Below, in pieces: positions 1 through 8,873 of a stretch of 64,000 nt of DNA. The notes under the pieces are model-generated. The model searched no databases. It had not been told where the DNA came from and saw nothing but the letters and a program-made list of their open reading frames with translations. The stretch is from assembly GCA_963833095.1 (NCBI GenBank), contig CAWHWQ010000001.1, positions 736,001 through 800,000 of the forward strand, read 5' to 3'. The number at the start of each line of letters is the position of its first letter. Position 1 is the first letter of the stretch. This stretch comes from Vulcanimicrobiota bacterium. GTDB lineage: Bacteria > Vulcanimicrobiota > Vulcanimicrobiia > Vulcanimicrobiales > Vulcanimicrobiaceae. The position numbers and the translations under genes are program-made.

Positions 1-746
1 CCGTTAACACCGCATTCGCCAAGCGCCAGCATCCTCCCGGCAAGTAGCAACGCTCCCCGCACCGCTCCGACCGGCAACGCGAGGACGATTCCGGGTTCGA
101 GCGCACCGATATCCACGGCCCGATGCCGGCCCAAGTCGACATGCACGGTTAGCTCCAGCGAGAGGTCATCGAGCTCATCGAGCCCGATGGCCGGATGCGC
201 CGCCGGCAGCGGGTCACGGCTCAGCGCGATACCGATGCGCGACCGCATCGGATGTTCGATCTGCAGTTCGAAAAATGTGGTAAATCCATGCAAATCGGAG
301 AGCGGCTCGAGGGTGGGTTCACGCGTGGCCGAGCCACAAATCGGTCCGAACTGCAGAGCGATTGCTTGGACGGTTCGCTCCAGCGCCGTACGTTCGAGCG
401 ATGAGAGCGCGGTTGCGCGCGAAGCGTGTTCGCCAAACACCGCCGCAGCCAGCGCTGATGCGTCTACTGGGCGAACGATCACCGCTGCGTCCGTGTTTGC
501 CATACGAACGCGATAGATCGTCGCGCCACGCCCGATGGTGCTCCACGCCGCCGGCGTCGGAATCGTCGGTTCGTAAAGTTTTAGCGTTACCGGCTCGCCG
601 AAGAGCGAACCGAGCGTCTCGCGCACGCCACTGGCCACGATACAGGCTGCGCTGACCGGAAGCATCGATCGCTCTTCGAAGACGGCGTGCCGGATCCGCC
701 GGCCGCTTTCACGCTGCGATCTCGCAGAGAATCCGAGTGTCTTCAT
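1..746 (-). CDS. FliM/FliN-family flagellar C-ring switch protein, divergent (runs off the window edge)
   Basis: Not in the ORF track; translated by hand. ATG at 746 overlaps the upstream TGA (ATGA). Reads MKTLGFSARSQ...IGLDELDDLSLELTVHVDLGRHRAVDIGALEPGIVLALP...LLAGRMLALGECGVNG, a SpoA/FliMN_C-like pattern. Flagellar context. Confidence 0.7.
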   Translation of the reverse strand, partial: MKTLGFSARSQRESGRRIRHAVFEERSMLPVSAACIVASGVRETLGSLFGEPVTLKLYEPTIPTPAAWSTIGRGATIYRVRMANTDAAVIVRPVDASALAAAVFGEHASRATALSSLERTALERTVQAIALQFGPICGSATREPTLEPLSDLHGFTTFFELQIEHPMRSRIGIALSRDPLPAAHPAIGLDELDDLSLELTVHVDLGRHRAVDIGALEPGIVLALPVGAVRGALLLAGRMLALGECGVN

Positions 747-1465
747 TTCAATAGATCCATTGCGGTCTTGCTGATGCCACCCTGGGCCTTATGCGCGGCT
801 GCCAACGCATCGAACGCCACGTAGGCCTCTTGAAGCCGGTCAAGACTGCGATCGAAGTCGATGCGGCTTTCCTCGCGCTGCATCGGCGCGACACTCGCGA
901 AGTTTCCGTCGCCGGCGCGGCCAACGTGCGGCACCGTTCCCGGCGGCGCGACAAAATGATTTGCATCGCTGGCCCCCAACTTGGTGGCTGCCGGAAAGCG
1001 CGCAAGAGCAAGTTGTCCAACGACAACACGTTCGCGCTCGCGAGCGCCACTGCGCGGGTCGACGCTTGTACGATCGTAAGCGAGCGCCCCGCTCGGCTCG
1101 ATTCGCAGTTCGTTCACACGTCCCAGTGCCTCGTCGACCGCGTCGATGTGCAATTCGCTGGTCGCACCGCCCGGCGACGTGAATCCGAGGATCGGCCGTC
1201 CGTTCGCACCGACCAACATTCCGTCAGTAATGGCAAATCCACCGTCGCGCGTATACACGGCGCGGCCACGTTCGTCGGTCGTGACGAAGTAGGCATCCGC
1301 GGGTGGCGCGACGGACAGGGGATCGAGCGCCGCGCGCGAGGTTGCCCGATCCGTTGCAGCATCACCGAACTGCGGCACGGCTCCCGGTGTGAACGCGCGT
1401 TGCACGTCTTGCGCGCGCTGCGCGATGCGGTCGAGCGCGTCTTGCGTCGCCGCGTTGATCATCAC
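743..1465 (-). CDS. Flagellar rod/hook protein, FlgF/FlgG/FlgE-like (short)
   Basis: AYFV...YTRDGGF...GMLVGANGRPILG and VGQLALARF motifs; C-terminal EESRIDF helix. Confidence 0.8.
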   Translation of the reverse strand: MMINAATQDALDRIAQRAQDVQRAFTPGAVPQFGDAATDRATSRAALDPLSVAPPADAYFVTTDERGRAVYTRDGGFAITDGMLVGANGRPILGFTSPGGATSELHIDAVDEALGRVNELRIEPSGALAYDRTSVDPRSGARERERVVVGQLALARFPAATKLGASDANHFVAPPGTVPHVGRAGDGNFASVAPMQREESRIDFDRSLDRLQEAYVAFDALAAAHKAQGGISKTAMDLLK

Positions 1466-1469
1466 GAGC

Positions 1470-2006
1470 TCACACCCCGCTTAGGTCGATGCGCAGCGCG
1501 ATGCCGCGCAGGGCTAGGGCATAGCGCGCTTCCTCGAGCGCGCGGGCCACACTCGAACGGACCGCAGCCGGGCATACGGCAACCAGCCGAATTCCGGACG
1601 CCGTGGTTTGCAGCGCGACATGCACCCGCGCTTGCGCTCCATCGATCGTGAATGTCGCGCGCCTGTTCGAGCGCACCGGATCGAGAAACGCGCGCTCGAT
1701 GCGCCGGGCGAGCGGCGAACGCTCCGCGCGGCGTTCCGGCGGCGCGGCGGTGCGCCGCGTCATCTGGCCCTTTCGCTCGGCGCCCGCGGGCGGCTGTTCG
1801 GGGGAAAGGCGGCGCGAGTATTCGCCGGCGCGCCGTTGCTCGCGCTGGATCGCCGCGTGCTTCGGGCTCGTATGGTCGCACGAAGCCGGCGAGCTCCTCG
1901 CCTGCGCAAGGTGCAGCGCCGAGTACCAGGCCTGCGAGAGAGAGCGCCGGTCGATCGCTGCCAGCGGCGCGGTAAGAATGCTAAAGCCCAACTGATGCGT
2001 GATCAT
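1470..2006 (-). CDS. Hypothetical protein, possibly FliK (hook-length control) C-terminal-like
   Basis: Low-complexity middle followed by beta-beta-alpha-beta-like C-terminus (RVHVALQ..GIRLVAVC..VARALEEARYALALRGIAL); position upstream of the hook/rod gene. Confidence 0.5.
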   Translation of the reverse strand: MITHQLGFSILTAPLAAIDRRSLSQAWYSALHLAQARSSPASCDHTSPKHAAIQREQRRAGEYSRRLSPEQPPAGAERKGQMTRRTAAPPERRAERSPLARRIERAFLDPVRSNRRATFTIDGAQARVHVALQTTASGIRLVAVCPAAVRSSVARALEEARYALALRGIALRIDLSGV

Positions 2007-2048
2007 GCCCGCATGGTGCGCGCCGACGGTGAACGGCGCGTCACCGAA

Positions 2049-3674
2049 TTAATGCGGGATTGTGAGCACGTCGAGCTTGCGGTCGTGCCCGTCGTCGAAG
2101 CCCTGCGCGCGCTGCAGGAACAACCCGTGATTGGCCAGGTCAAAGGTCAACACGAAATTTCGCAGCGAGGCATACCCAACATTGCCGCCGTCATTGCGAT
2201 CGGCAAAGGCGCCCGTGGTGCCGAGCACAACATCCGTGTAGCGATTGAATAGCCGGTACGGCCCCAGTTGCAACACGGCTACCACCGCGCCGACTGCGGC
2301 CACCGATCCACCGATGCCGCGATTGAGTTGGGGACCATAGTGCGCGGTCGAGACGAGTCCGGGATGCTCATCCAGGAAACTCTTGAAAAGCAGCAATTCG
2401 TTCGCGTCTCCCGTGTCGACGATCACGCGCGTCGGTGCATCTTGTATCTGCGCGACGATTTCGGGAAGTTCGCGGTCGGTGTCGACATCGAGCCGAATGC
2501 CGTCGGGGGCAAGGCTCCCGGGCTCCGCAATGGTCAGCGTCCCCTGTGTGGGATCAAAACGCAGTTCGGCCGCTGCAAAGAACGGATAGCCCAAGATTCC
2601 GTCAACGTGCATTGACGAGAGCGGAGGCAAATCGAGAGCGGTTGCAAGGTGCATGGGGAAGGTGACGCCGCCAATCGTGATCGGCGGCGCGTCGACCACG
2701 CCCGGGCTTGTTGTGCGTCCGGCTCCGCGGATCTCCACCGTTCCTTGGGGATGCAGCCCAAGCGCCGAAACGAGCGACGCATCAAAGACATCGGCTTGGG
2801 CAGCGGAGTCGATCAAGAACGTATACGATTTTCCTTCGATCGTAACGTTCGTATAGATCAGGCCGCCGCGTTCTTGATACGGCACCGTCACAGGCGCCCC
2901 ATTGTCGACCACCGCAACCGTAAACGGCGAGAAGATACTCGCCGCGATCGGTTGATCGACCGTAACGTTGGTAACTTGGGAGGTGATGTCAAAGCGGTGC
3001 TCACCGTCCGAGTCGACCTCGGTGAAGGGAATCAAAAATCCGCCGACGACTCGATAATCGCTGTAAACCGCGACGTGCGTGCTGTCGTGATCGACGTAGG
3101 ATTTTTCATCGATGAGCCACGTCTTGGCGTCGATACCGATCTCGTAGGTCTCGCCGCTCGGCGGTGAGATCCGCAGCCGATAGATGGATCGTCCGTCAGG
3201 GAGCGTCGCGACGGCGATATACCGTACCCACTCGGAATGCGACGCAAAAAGGTCACTATCGATAAAATCCTCGGTGACCTGCCGGCGTGCAACGATGCCT
3301 TGCAACTCGCGGATCTCGCCGTTGGGATTTTGCTCCCATAGCCTGTCGCCGACGCGTAACATGCGATCGGTTCGAATGCCGAAGGACTCGTCGCGTCGTT
3401 CGCTATCACCCCGCTGCCACTCGTGAAACGTTCCTGCAATGCCGACGCCAAGGAGCGTGCCGGTTGTCTCGTGCGTCCTCGGTTCGCGCAAATGCAGGGC
3501 AGCAAGAGCGGCGACGTGGTTAGCTAGGATCGTGGACAGTGGAGGGGCTTGCGGTTTCGTTTGGGCGCAGAGTGCGGCTACGCACGCGAGGAGCGAGGCG
3601 CTACGGCGTAGCGTTTCCGCGATACTTCGCGTAGCTGGAGAGGACGTTTTGCACGTAATTCTGCGTCTCGGCAT
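2049..3674 (-). CDS. Secreted retropepsin-like aspartyl protease with two protease domains; start uncertain
   Basis: FLIDSAA and VIVDTGD catalytic-type motifs, DGILGYPFF and GNVGYASL flaps; signal-like LRRSASLLACVAALCAQ. Confidence 0.75.
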   Translation of the reverse strand: MPRRRITCKTSSPATRSIAETLRRSASLLACVAALCAQTKPQAPPLSTILANHVAALAALHLREPRTHETTGTLLGVGIAGTFHEWQRGDSERRDESFGIRTDRMLRVGDRLWEQNPNGEIRELQGIVARRQVTEDFIDSDLFASHSEWVRYIAVATLPDGRSIYRLRISPPSGETYEIGIDAKTWLIDEKSYVDHDSTHVAVYSDYRVVGGFLIPFTEVDSDGEHRFDITSQVTNVTVDQPIAASIFSPFTVAVVDNGAPVTVPYQERGGLIYTNVTIEGKSYTFLIDSAAQADVFDASLVSALGLHPQGTVEIRGAGRTTSPGVVDAPPITIGGVTFPMHLATALDLPPLSSMHVDGILGYPFFAAAELRFDPTQGTLTIAEPGSLAPDGIRLDVDTDRELPEIVAQIQDAPTRVIVDTGDANELLLFKSFLDEHPGLVSTAHYGPQLNRGIGGSVAAVGAVVAVLQLGPYRLFNRYTDVVLGTTGAFADRNDGGNVGYASLRNFVLTFDLANHGLFLQRAQGFDDGHDRKLDVLTIPH

Positions 3675-4197
3675 ACGGGGGTACGCCGCCATACTTCTCC
3701 ACTGCGCCGGGACCCGCATTGTAGGCCGCGACCGCAAGGCGAACATCGCCGTTGAAATGGTCGAGCAAGCCTTTGATGTACTTGGTGCCACCTGCTACGT
3801 TCTGCGAAGGATCGTAGGCATCTGTGACACCGAGACCCGCAGCGGTACCAGGCATGAGCTGCATCAAGCCCTGCGCGCCGACGTTCGAGGTAGCGTGCGC
3901 ATTAAAGCCCGACTCGTTGGCAATGATTGCCTTGATCAGCGCCGGATCGACGTTTTGCGACTGCGCATTGTCATTGACCAGGGCATCGATCTGCGCCGGC
4001 GGTAGCATCGCAGGTGCGCCGGGTGCGCCTTGTGCGCTCAGTTCGGTACCCTGAGCAGCCATTTGCGATTGCAACATCGAGGCGAACGAACCCGCACCAT
4101 CCGGAGCGGCTTGGGGCAGACCGGGCAATTGCACGGGAGCGCCCGTGATCTGTTCGATACGGGAAGCGACGGCTGAGAGTTCAGTGCTGATATCCAT
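3601..4197 (-). CDS. Lytic transglycosylase (SLT domain)
   Basis: AIIANESGF, GAQGLMQLMP, AAYNAGPG, ETQNYV motifs. Confidence 0.93.
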   Translation of the reverse strand: MDISTELSAVASRIEQITGAPVQLPGLPQAAPDGAGSFASMLQSQMAAQGTELSAQGAPGAPAMLPPAQIDALVNDNAQSQNVDPALIKAIIANESGFNAHATSNVGAQGLMQLMPGTAAGLGVTDAYDPSQNVAGGTKYIKGLLDHFNGDVRLAVAAYNAGPGAVEKYGGVPPYAETQNYVQNVLSSYAKYRGNATP

Positions 4198-5227
4198 GGG
4201 CTTCCTCCAACATATCGGCGGTTTGGTGCAAGGCCTCTAGGGCCGCGGCCACGGTTATGGGCTGCGGGCCCTGACGCAGGAGCCGCTCGAGCGCGCTCTC
4301 AGCCGCAATCGCGACTTTCGTCTGCGGATCGGCCGGTTCTATGCCAAGCGAGCGAGCGTCGGCGCAACGCTCCAGCCGAGCCAGCGCCGCCCGGACCAGC
4401 GCTGCGGCGCGCTGATGTTCCGCAGTGGCGACCGCGTCCATCGTGCGGCTTGCGCTGGCGAGCACGTCGATAGCCGGAAAGTGCCCGGCGTGAGCAAGTC
4501 GCGATGAAAGCGCGAGATGCCCATCGAGCAGCGAGCGCGCGTTTTCGCTGACGGGGTCGCGATCCTCACCATCGGTCAGGACCGTTGCAATCAACGTGAC
4601 CGATCCATCCGTGAATGCGCCGGCACGCTCGACGAGTTGTGCGGTACGCGCGAAGACGCTCGGCGGATAGCCGCCGCGTCCGACGCTTTCGCCCCTCGCG
4701 ACGGCAAGTTCACGCAGCGCATTGGCATAACGCGCCAAGCTATCGAGGACCGCCACTACGTGCAAACCACGAGCTGCTAGCGCACATGCATGCGCCATGA
4801 GTAATTCCGCCGCGCGCACGCGCTCATGCGCTGTCCGATCGCTGGTGGCGCAGATCACCGTCGTTCGCTCGTCGCGCGCAGCGATCCAACGCTGCGCTTC
4901 GCGGCCGCGCTCGCCGACCAGACCAATGGCAACAGCGTCCGCGCGCGCCCCGCGGACGATCGTTTCGAGCAGGGTAGATTTGCCGGCACCCGGCGCACCG
5001 AAGATTCCGATGCGCGCACCGCGTCCGACCGTAAGCAACGCATCGATGCTTCGCACACCGGTCCACAACGGCGTGACAATCGCGCTGCGCTGGGCCGGCG
5101 TTGCCGCCGGCGCGCCGACGAGAACGTAGACGCCGTCGAGCGGAGCTAGTCCGTCCAGCGGTTCACCGCGCCCGTCGAGCGCCCGCCCGAACGCCGCCGT
5201 GCCGAGCATCGCCCGATCGGCAATCAC
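4181..5227 (-). CDS. fliI: Flagellar/T3SS export ATPase FliI/SctN, lacking the usual N-terminal region
   Basis: Walker A GAPGAGKS, GLVGERGRE, DSLARYA, GYPPSVF, SLLDGHLALS, FPAIDVLASASR; only 348 aa. Confidence 0.9.
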   Translation of the reverse strand: MIADRAMLGTAAFGRALDGRGEPLDGLAPLDGVYVLVGAPAATPAQRSAIVTPLWTGVRSIDALLTVGRGARIGIFGAPGAGKSTLLETIVRGARADAVAIGLVGERGREAQRWIAARDERTTVICATSDRTAHERVRAAELLMAHACALAARGLHVVAVLDSLARYANALRELAVARGESVGRGGYPPSVFARTAQLVERAGAFTDGSVTLIATVLTDGEDRDPVSENARSLLDGHLALSSRLAHAGHFPAIDVLASASRTMDAVATAEHQRAAALVRAALARLERCADARSLGIEPADPQTKVAIAAESALERLLRQGPQPITVAAALEALHQTADMLEEAHGYQH

Positions 5228-5709
5228 GCGCCGGCTCGCGCCAGCATCTGTTCGATGCGAACACCCAAACGCGCATCGATCGATCCGCTGCGTAGCTCGA
5301 TCTGCACGTCGTCGCTGCGCAGCGACGCATCCGGAAGAACCGGAACGTCGAAATCATGGAGCCGCTGCTGCGATGGATGCACGCGCACTGCCACCGGAAT
5401 CTCCCCACAGCGTTCGCGGGCGCGTCGCACGATCGCTTCGATATCAGCCGGTGCGAGAAGCAATTCACGGCCGACGACGTCGATCGCGATCTCGCGCAAA
5501 AGCTCGGTGAGCGAACGGTCGAGGGCGTCTGCCAGCATCGCGCGGAAGCGTCGTAGGCGCTCGCACACATCTGCGACGAGCTGCTCGTCCGGCGGCATCT
5601 CGCTGGGCTCGGGCTCGCCTTGCGGGTCTTCAACGAGCGTTTCTTGTTCTACGATGATAACCGGCGGATCTTTGCGCAGCCAGGCTGCAAATGTCATAAA
5701 CTCAGGCAT
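5224..5709 (-). CDS. fliH: FliH/SctL-like export protein (short)
   Basis: VRVHPS...LPDASLRSDDVQIELRSGSIDARL C-terminal FliH pattern; lies between fliF and fliI. Confidence 0.75.
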   Translation of the reverse strand: MPEFMTFAAWLRKDPPVIIVEQETLVEDPQGEPEPSEMPPDEQLVADVCERLRRFRAMLADALDRSLTELLREIAIDVVGRELLLAPADIEAIVRRARERCGEIPVAVRVHPSQQRLHDFDVPVLPDASLRSDDVQIELRSGSIDARLGVRIEQMLARAGA

Positions 5710-7174
5710 GACGCGCCAGCAATTCGTCGGCATTGGGGATCACCGAGCTGTGGGTGCGCGCCATGCGCTTCACAATCGCTTCGCGCTCGTGCGGCGGATA
5801 GAGTTCGAGTACCGCAGCCGCGGTTGCAGCCGGAAGCGCGCTGATGATCGCCGCCGCCGTATGCGGCGGCTCTCCCGCCAGCGCGCCGCGCACGCGCGCC
5901 GGTGCATAACCCGTCACAGTACGTGAGGTGCGCGCGATCGCGTCGCGTTCGAGCGCGCCTTTGATCAAGGCGTGCACGTTCGGCAGCAGGTAGCGCCCGA
6001 ACGCGAGCAGACCGATCACGATCGCGAGCGTCGGCAAGAGCGGCACGACCGCGCCATAGAGCAGAAACCATGCATCATGCTTTTCTGCTAGGACACGATG
6101 AAACGCCACCGCCTGTACGCTCAATTCGTCGCCACGATGAGGATCGAAGCCGACAGTCGCTGCCGCCAGTTCGCGAACCTTGGCTAGGTCCGCGCCACGA
6201 CCAGCATCAACGAATACGGCGGTTGAAATCCGCGCGATCGCGCCCGGATCAGCATGCGCGACGCTTTCGTGCGTCTCGCTTCCGCGGTCGTCATGCTCGT
6301 CGTTCTTTGCGTATTTCTTGCCTCCGCCGTCGTAGGATTCGGTTTGCGCGCTGCTCTCGATCGGATCGCCGCCGATCGGCGAGCGCCGCGTGTCGCGCTC
6401 CTCCGAGGTCGCATGCGTATATTCGGCGTGCACGCGCACGATTGCAACCCCCGCGCCAAGCGAGGAATCCAACGCCGACTGCAGCGATCGCTCCAGGGCG
6501 TCGGGATCGTCGCCGCCGGTACCACTGTCATCGAGCGCGACGCCGCGATCGTCCAGGATCGTCACATTGGCCGGATCGAGCCCTTCGACCGAGGCGCCGA
6601 CGAAGCGTCGGATCCCGGCCACGGCGTCACGCGAAAGGACGGCGCCGGGATGCAGTTGTATGCGCACGCTCGCCGTGGCTGGGCGCGTGCTCTGATCCGC
6701 GAACTGCGCGCTTTGCGCCGGCGCCACGATCACGCGCGCATCGTCGACGCCGTCGACGCTGCGTAGCGCCACTTGAACATCGCCCGCAAGGCCGCTGCGC
6801 GTTTGCGCATCGATAACCGCTTGAGGCGTCAACACGCCGACATTGGCAAGCGCCTCACCCATGGTCTCAACGTGCGCGTGGGGGACGCCCGCTAGCGAGA
6901 GACGCAAGAGCAAATCGCTGCGCCGGGCCGCGTCGACGATGACGTTGTCGTCGCTAGGCGAAAACGGCACGCTCCAGGCAGCGAGTTGTTCCTGCACCTC
7001 GGCAAGCTGGTCGGCGTGGAGCGGGCTTGCAAAAAGCGGCGCACGGTCCGGGTGTCCGACGATCGTCGCGACAACCGCAAATCCCACCAAGAGAGCGACG
7101 ATGGCAGCCGCGACAATTCGCATGGACGGTGGAAGCGCACGCACGCGAGCGATAGTCGAGTGCAACTGCAGCAT
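5702..7174 (-). CDS. fliF: MS-ring protein FliF with a fused C-terminal FliG-middle-like domain
   Basis: Two TM helices; DGVDDARVIV, ATASV, VEGLDPANVTILDDRG and GFDPHRGDELSV FliF motifs; tail GEPPHTAAAIISALPAATAAAVLELYPPHEREAIVKRMA. Confidence 0.88.
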   Translation of the reverse strand: MLQLHSTIARVRALPPSMRIVAAAIVALLVGFAVVATIVGHPDRAPLFASPLHADQLAEVQEQLAAWSVPFSPSDDNVIVDAARRSDLLLRLSLAGVPHAHVETMGEALANVGVLTPQAVIDAQTRSGLAGDVQVALRSVDGVDDARVIVAPAQSAQFADQSTRPATASVRIQLHPGAVLSRDAVAGIRRFVGASVEGLDPANVTILDDRGVALDDSGTGGDDPDALERSLQSALDSSLGAGVAIVRVHAEYTHATSEERDTRRSPIGGDPIESSAQTESYDGGGKKYAKNDEHDDRGSETHESVAHADPGAIARISTAVFVDAGRGADLAKVRELAAATVGFDPHRGDELSVQAVAFHRVLAEKHDAWFLLYGAVVPLLPTLAIVIGLLAFGRYLLPNVHALIKGALERDAIARTSRTVTGYAPARVRGALAGEPPHTAAAIISALPAATAAAVLELYPPHEREAIVKRMARTHSSVIPNADELLARHA

Positions 7175-7175
7175 G

Positions 7176-7472
7176 TTAGATCTGTAAGTTCAGGAGCGTT
7201 TGCACGGTCTGCGCACTGCGCTGCGCGGCGGCTGTCGCGACCGAGAGCGCCACATCGGCCTGAGCTCGCTGATACATTGCATCTTGCAGCGAGCCGGTGC
7301 CCGCGGCATAGGCATCCTCTGCCTGCGTCGCGTCACCAAGCGCGCGACCAATCGCATCAAGAGCTCCGGCAAAATCCGATCCGCAGGACGCGGCTCTAGC
7401 TTCCAAGTCCTCGAAGGGCGACCGACCGGAGGAGGGTGGAACCGTGTCTGGCGTAAGCAGTTCGACCTTCAC
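7176..7472 (-). CDS. fliE: Flagellar hook-basal body protein FliE
   Basis: GTG at 7472 overlaps the flgC stop; FAGAL...LQDAMYQRAQADVALSVA...VQTLLNLQI. Confidence 0.82.
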   Translation of the reverse strand: MKVELLTPDTVPPSSGRSPFEDLEARAASCGSDFAGALDAIGRALGDATQAEDAYAAGTGSLQDAMYQRAQADVALSVATAAAQRSAQTVQTLLNLQI

Positions 7473-7798
7473 GCCAGTCGCCCCATATCGATCGTGCGTT
7501 CTTCGAGCGTCTTGCCTACATCGAAGAGCGAGGCGTCCGATTCGTAGGCGCGCGACGCGTTCATCACTGCAATCATCTCGGTAATCACGTCGACGTTGGT
7601 TCCCCGCTCCTGATGCGTGCCCGCGAACTGCACGGCAGTGCCGTCGCCGTCTTCGGTAAGCGCAAATTCGGGAATCAGGCGAGCGTAATGGCCATTTGGA
7701 CCCGCCGCCTCGGCGGCGGCCACATTTCGCGCGCACACGTCGAGCGCCGCGCGCTGCGCGTCCATTGCGGCGGCCGCGCTCGCGAGCAGATCGATCAT
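7469..7798 (-). CDS. flgC: Flagellar basal-body rod protein FlgC (short)
   Basis: AMDAQRAALDVCARNVA...NVDVITEMIAVMNASRAYE. Confidence 0.85.
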   Translation of the reverse strand: MIDLLASAAAAMDAQRAALDVCARNVAAAEAAGPNGHYARLIPEFALTEDGDGTAVQFAGTHQERGTNVDVITEMIAVMNASRAYESDASLFDVGKTLEERTIDMGRLA

Positions 7799-8010
7799 TT
7801 CGTCACCGCCTTGATTTCCTCGAGGCGCGCATGCATCGCGCCGAGCAGCGCTTCATCGAAAATTGCCGCCTGCGCGGTCTGCGCCATCGCCGCGTCGGCG
7901 GTTCGCCCACCCTCCCCGGCGTTCGCGCGGGCGATAACGTTTTGCGCTTGCTGTAATCGGACTGCAGCGGATGCGAGTCCGCCGCGCAGGGATTCGGCTA
8001 CGTCGAACAT
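7795..8010 (-). CDS. Minimal FlgB-like rod protein (71 aa)
   Basis: First gene of the operon, before flgC; keeps only N- and C-terminal helices (L..A..R...VIARAN; DAAMAQTA..A...ARLEEIKAV). Confidence 0.55.
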   Translation of the reverse strand: MFDVAESLRGGLASAAVRLQQAQNVIARANAGEGGRTADAAMAQTAQAAIFDEALLGAMHARLEEIKAVTK

Positions 8011-8065
8011 GTCACGAGGGTAGGGATGGGGGATGGCCGGGGCGCATCTGCGATGTTACGAAGAT

Positions 8066-8659
8066 ATGAACAAAGGGCGATTCGAATCGTTTACCGACGG
8101 AGTGTTCGCGTTCGCGATCACGCTGTTGATCTTGGGAATCGCGCTCCCGGTGATGCACGATCCGAGCGAACGCGAACTGCGTCACGCGATCCTCTCCCTG
8201 TGGCCGAACTTCATCGCCTTTGCATTGAGCTTCGCTGTGATCGGGATCATGTGGCAGAACCACCATGCTCTCTTCCGCTTCGTCGCGCATATCGATCGTA
8301 AGACCGTTGCGTTCAACTTGCTCCTGCTCTTCGGCACCGTGGTCATTCCTTTTGCCACCTCGGCGATGGGCGCGTATCCGACCATGCATGCGTCGACGCT
8401 GCTCTACGGTATCGTGCTCACGTGGTGCTCAACGTCCTACAACCTGCTGCTAAGCCACCTCATTGAGAGCGGGGCGTTCGAAGCATCAGTCACGCGAGAG
8501 CAGATCGCGCGTTCAGTCGTTGCCTATCGCGTAGGCTGGTTTACCTACGTTGCCGCGACCTTACTCGCGCTCGTGGTGCCGTTGCTTAGCTTTGCCGCGT
8601 ACGTCGGCGTGACGTTCTACTACTACGTTCCCCACGGCGTTGACGCTGACGTCCAATGA
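8066..8659 (+). CDS. TMEM175-family (DUF1211) potassium channel
   Basis: GRFESFTDGVFAFAITLL and WQNHH motifs; about six TM helices. Confidence 0.88.
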   Translation: MNKGRFESFTDGVFAFAITLLILGIALPVMHDPSERELRHAILSLWPNFIAFALSFAVIGIMWQNHHALFRFVAHIDRKTVAFNLLLLFGTVVIPFATSAMGAYPTMHASTLLYGIVLTWCSTSYNLLLSHLIESGAFEASVTREQIARSVVAYRVGWFTYVAATLLALVVPLLSFAAYVGVTFYYYVPHGVDADVQ

Positions 8660-8871
8660 CGATTTTCGCCTATGGGTTCGGTATGGCCATCTCAATCGCG
8701 CTTGCAACGGCGATCGGCAATGCCTGGGTGCGCGAACACCGCAACGGTGTCTGGACGCTGACGATGGCTGGAACGGTCGCAACCGTCGCGGTCCTTTTCG
8801 GCGTCGCCGTGGGATGGGGCTTAGCGCAATACTTCGCGTTTATTGCCGAATCCGCGACAGGTCGCATGTAG
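8656..8871 (+). CDS. Small hypothetical membrane protein
   Basis: ATGA overlap with TMEM175; two hydrophobic segments. Confidence 0.55.
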   Translation: MTIFAYGFGMAISIALATAIGNAWVREHRNGVWTLTMAGTVATVAVLFGVAVGWGLAQYFAFIAESATGRM

Positions 8872-8873
8872 GA

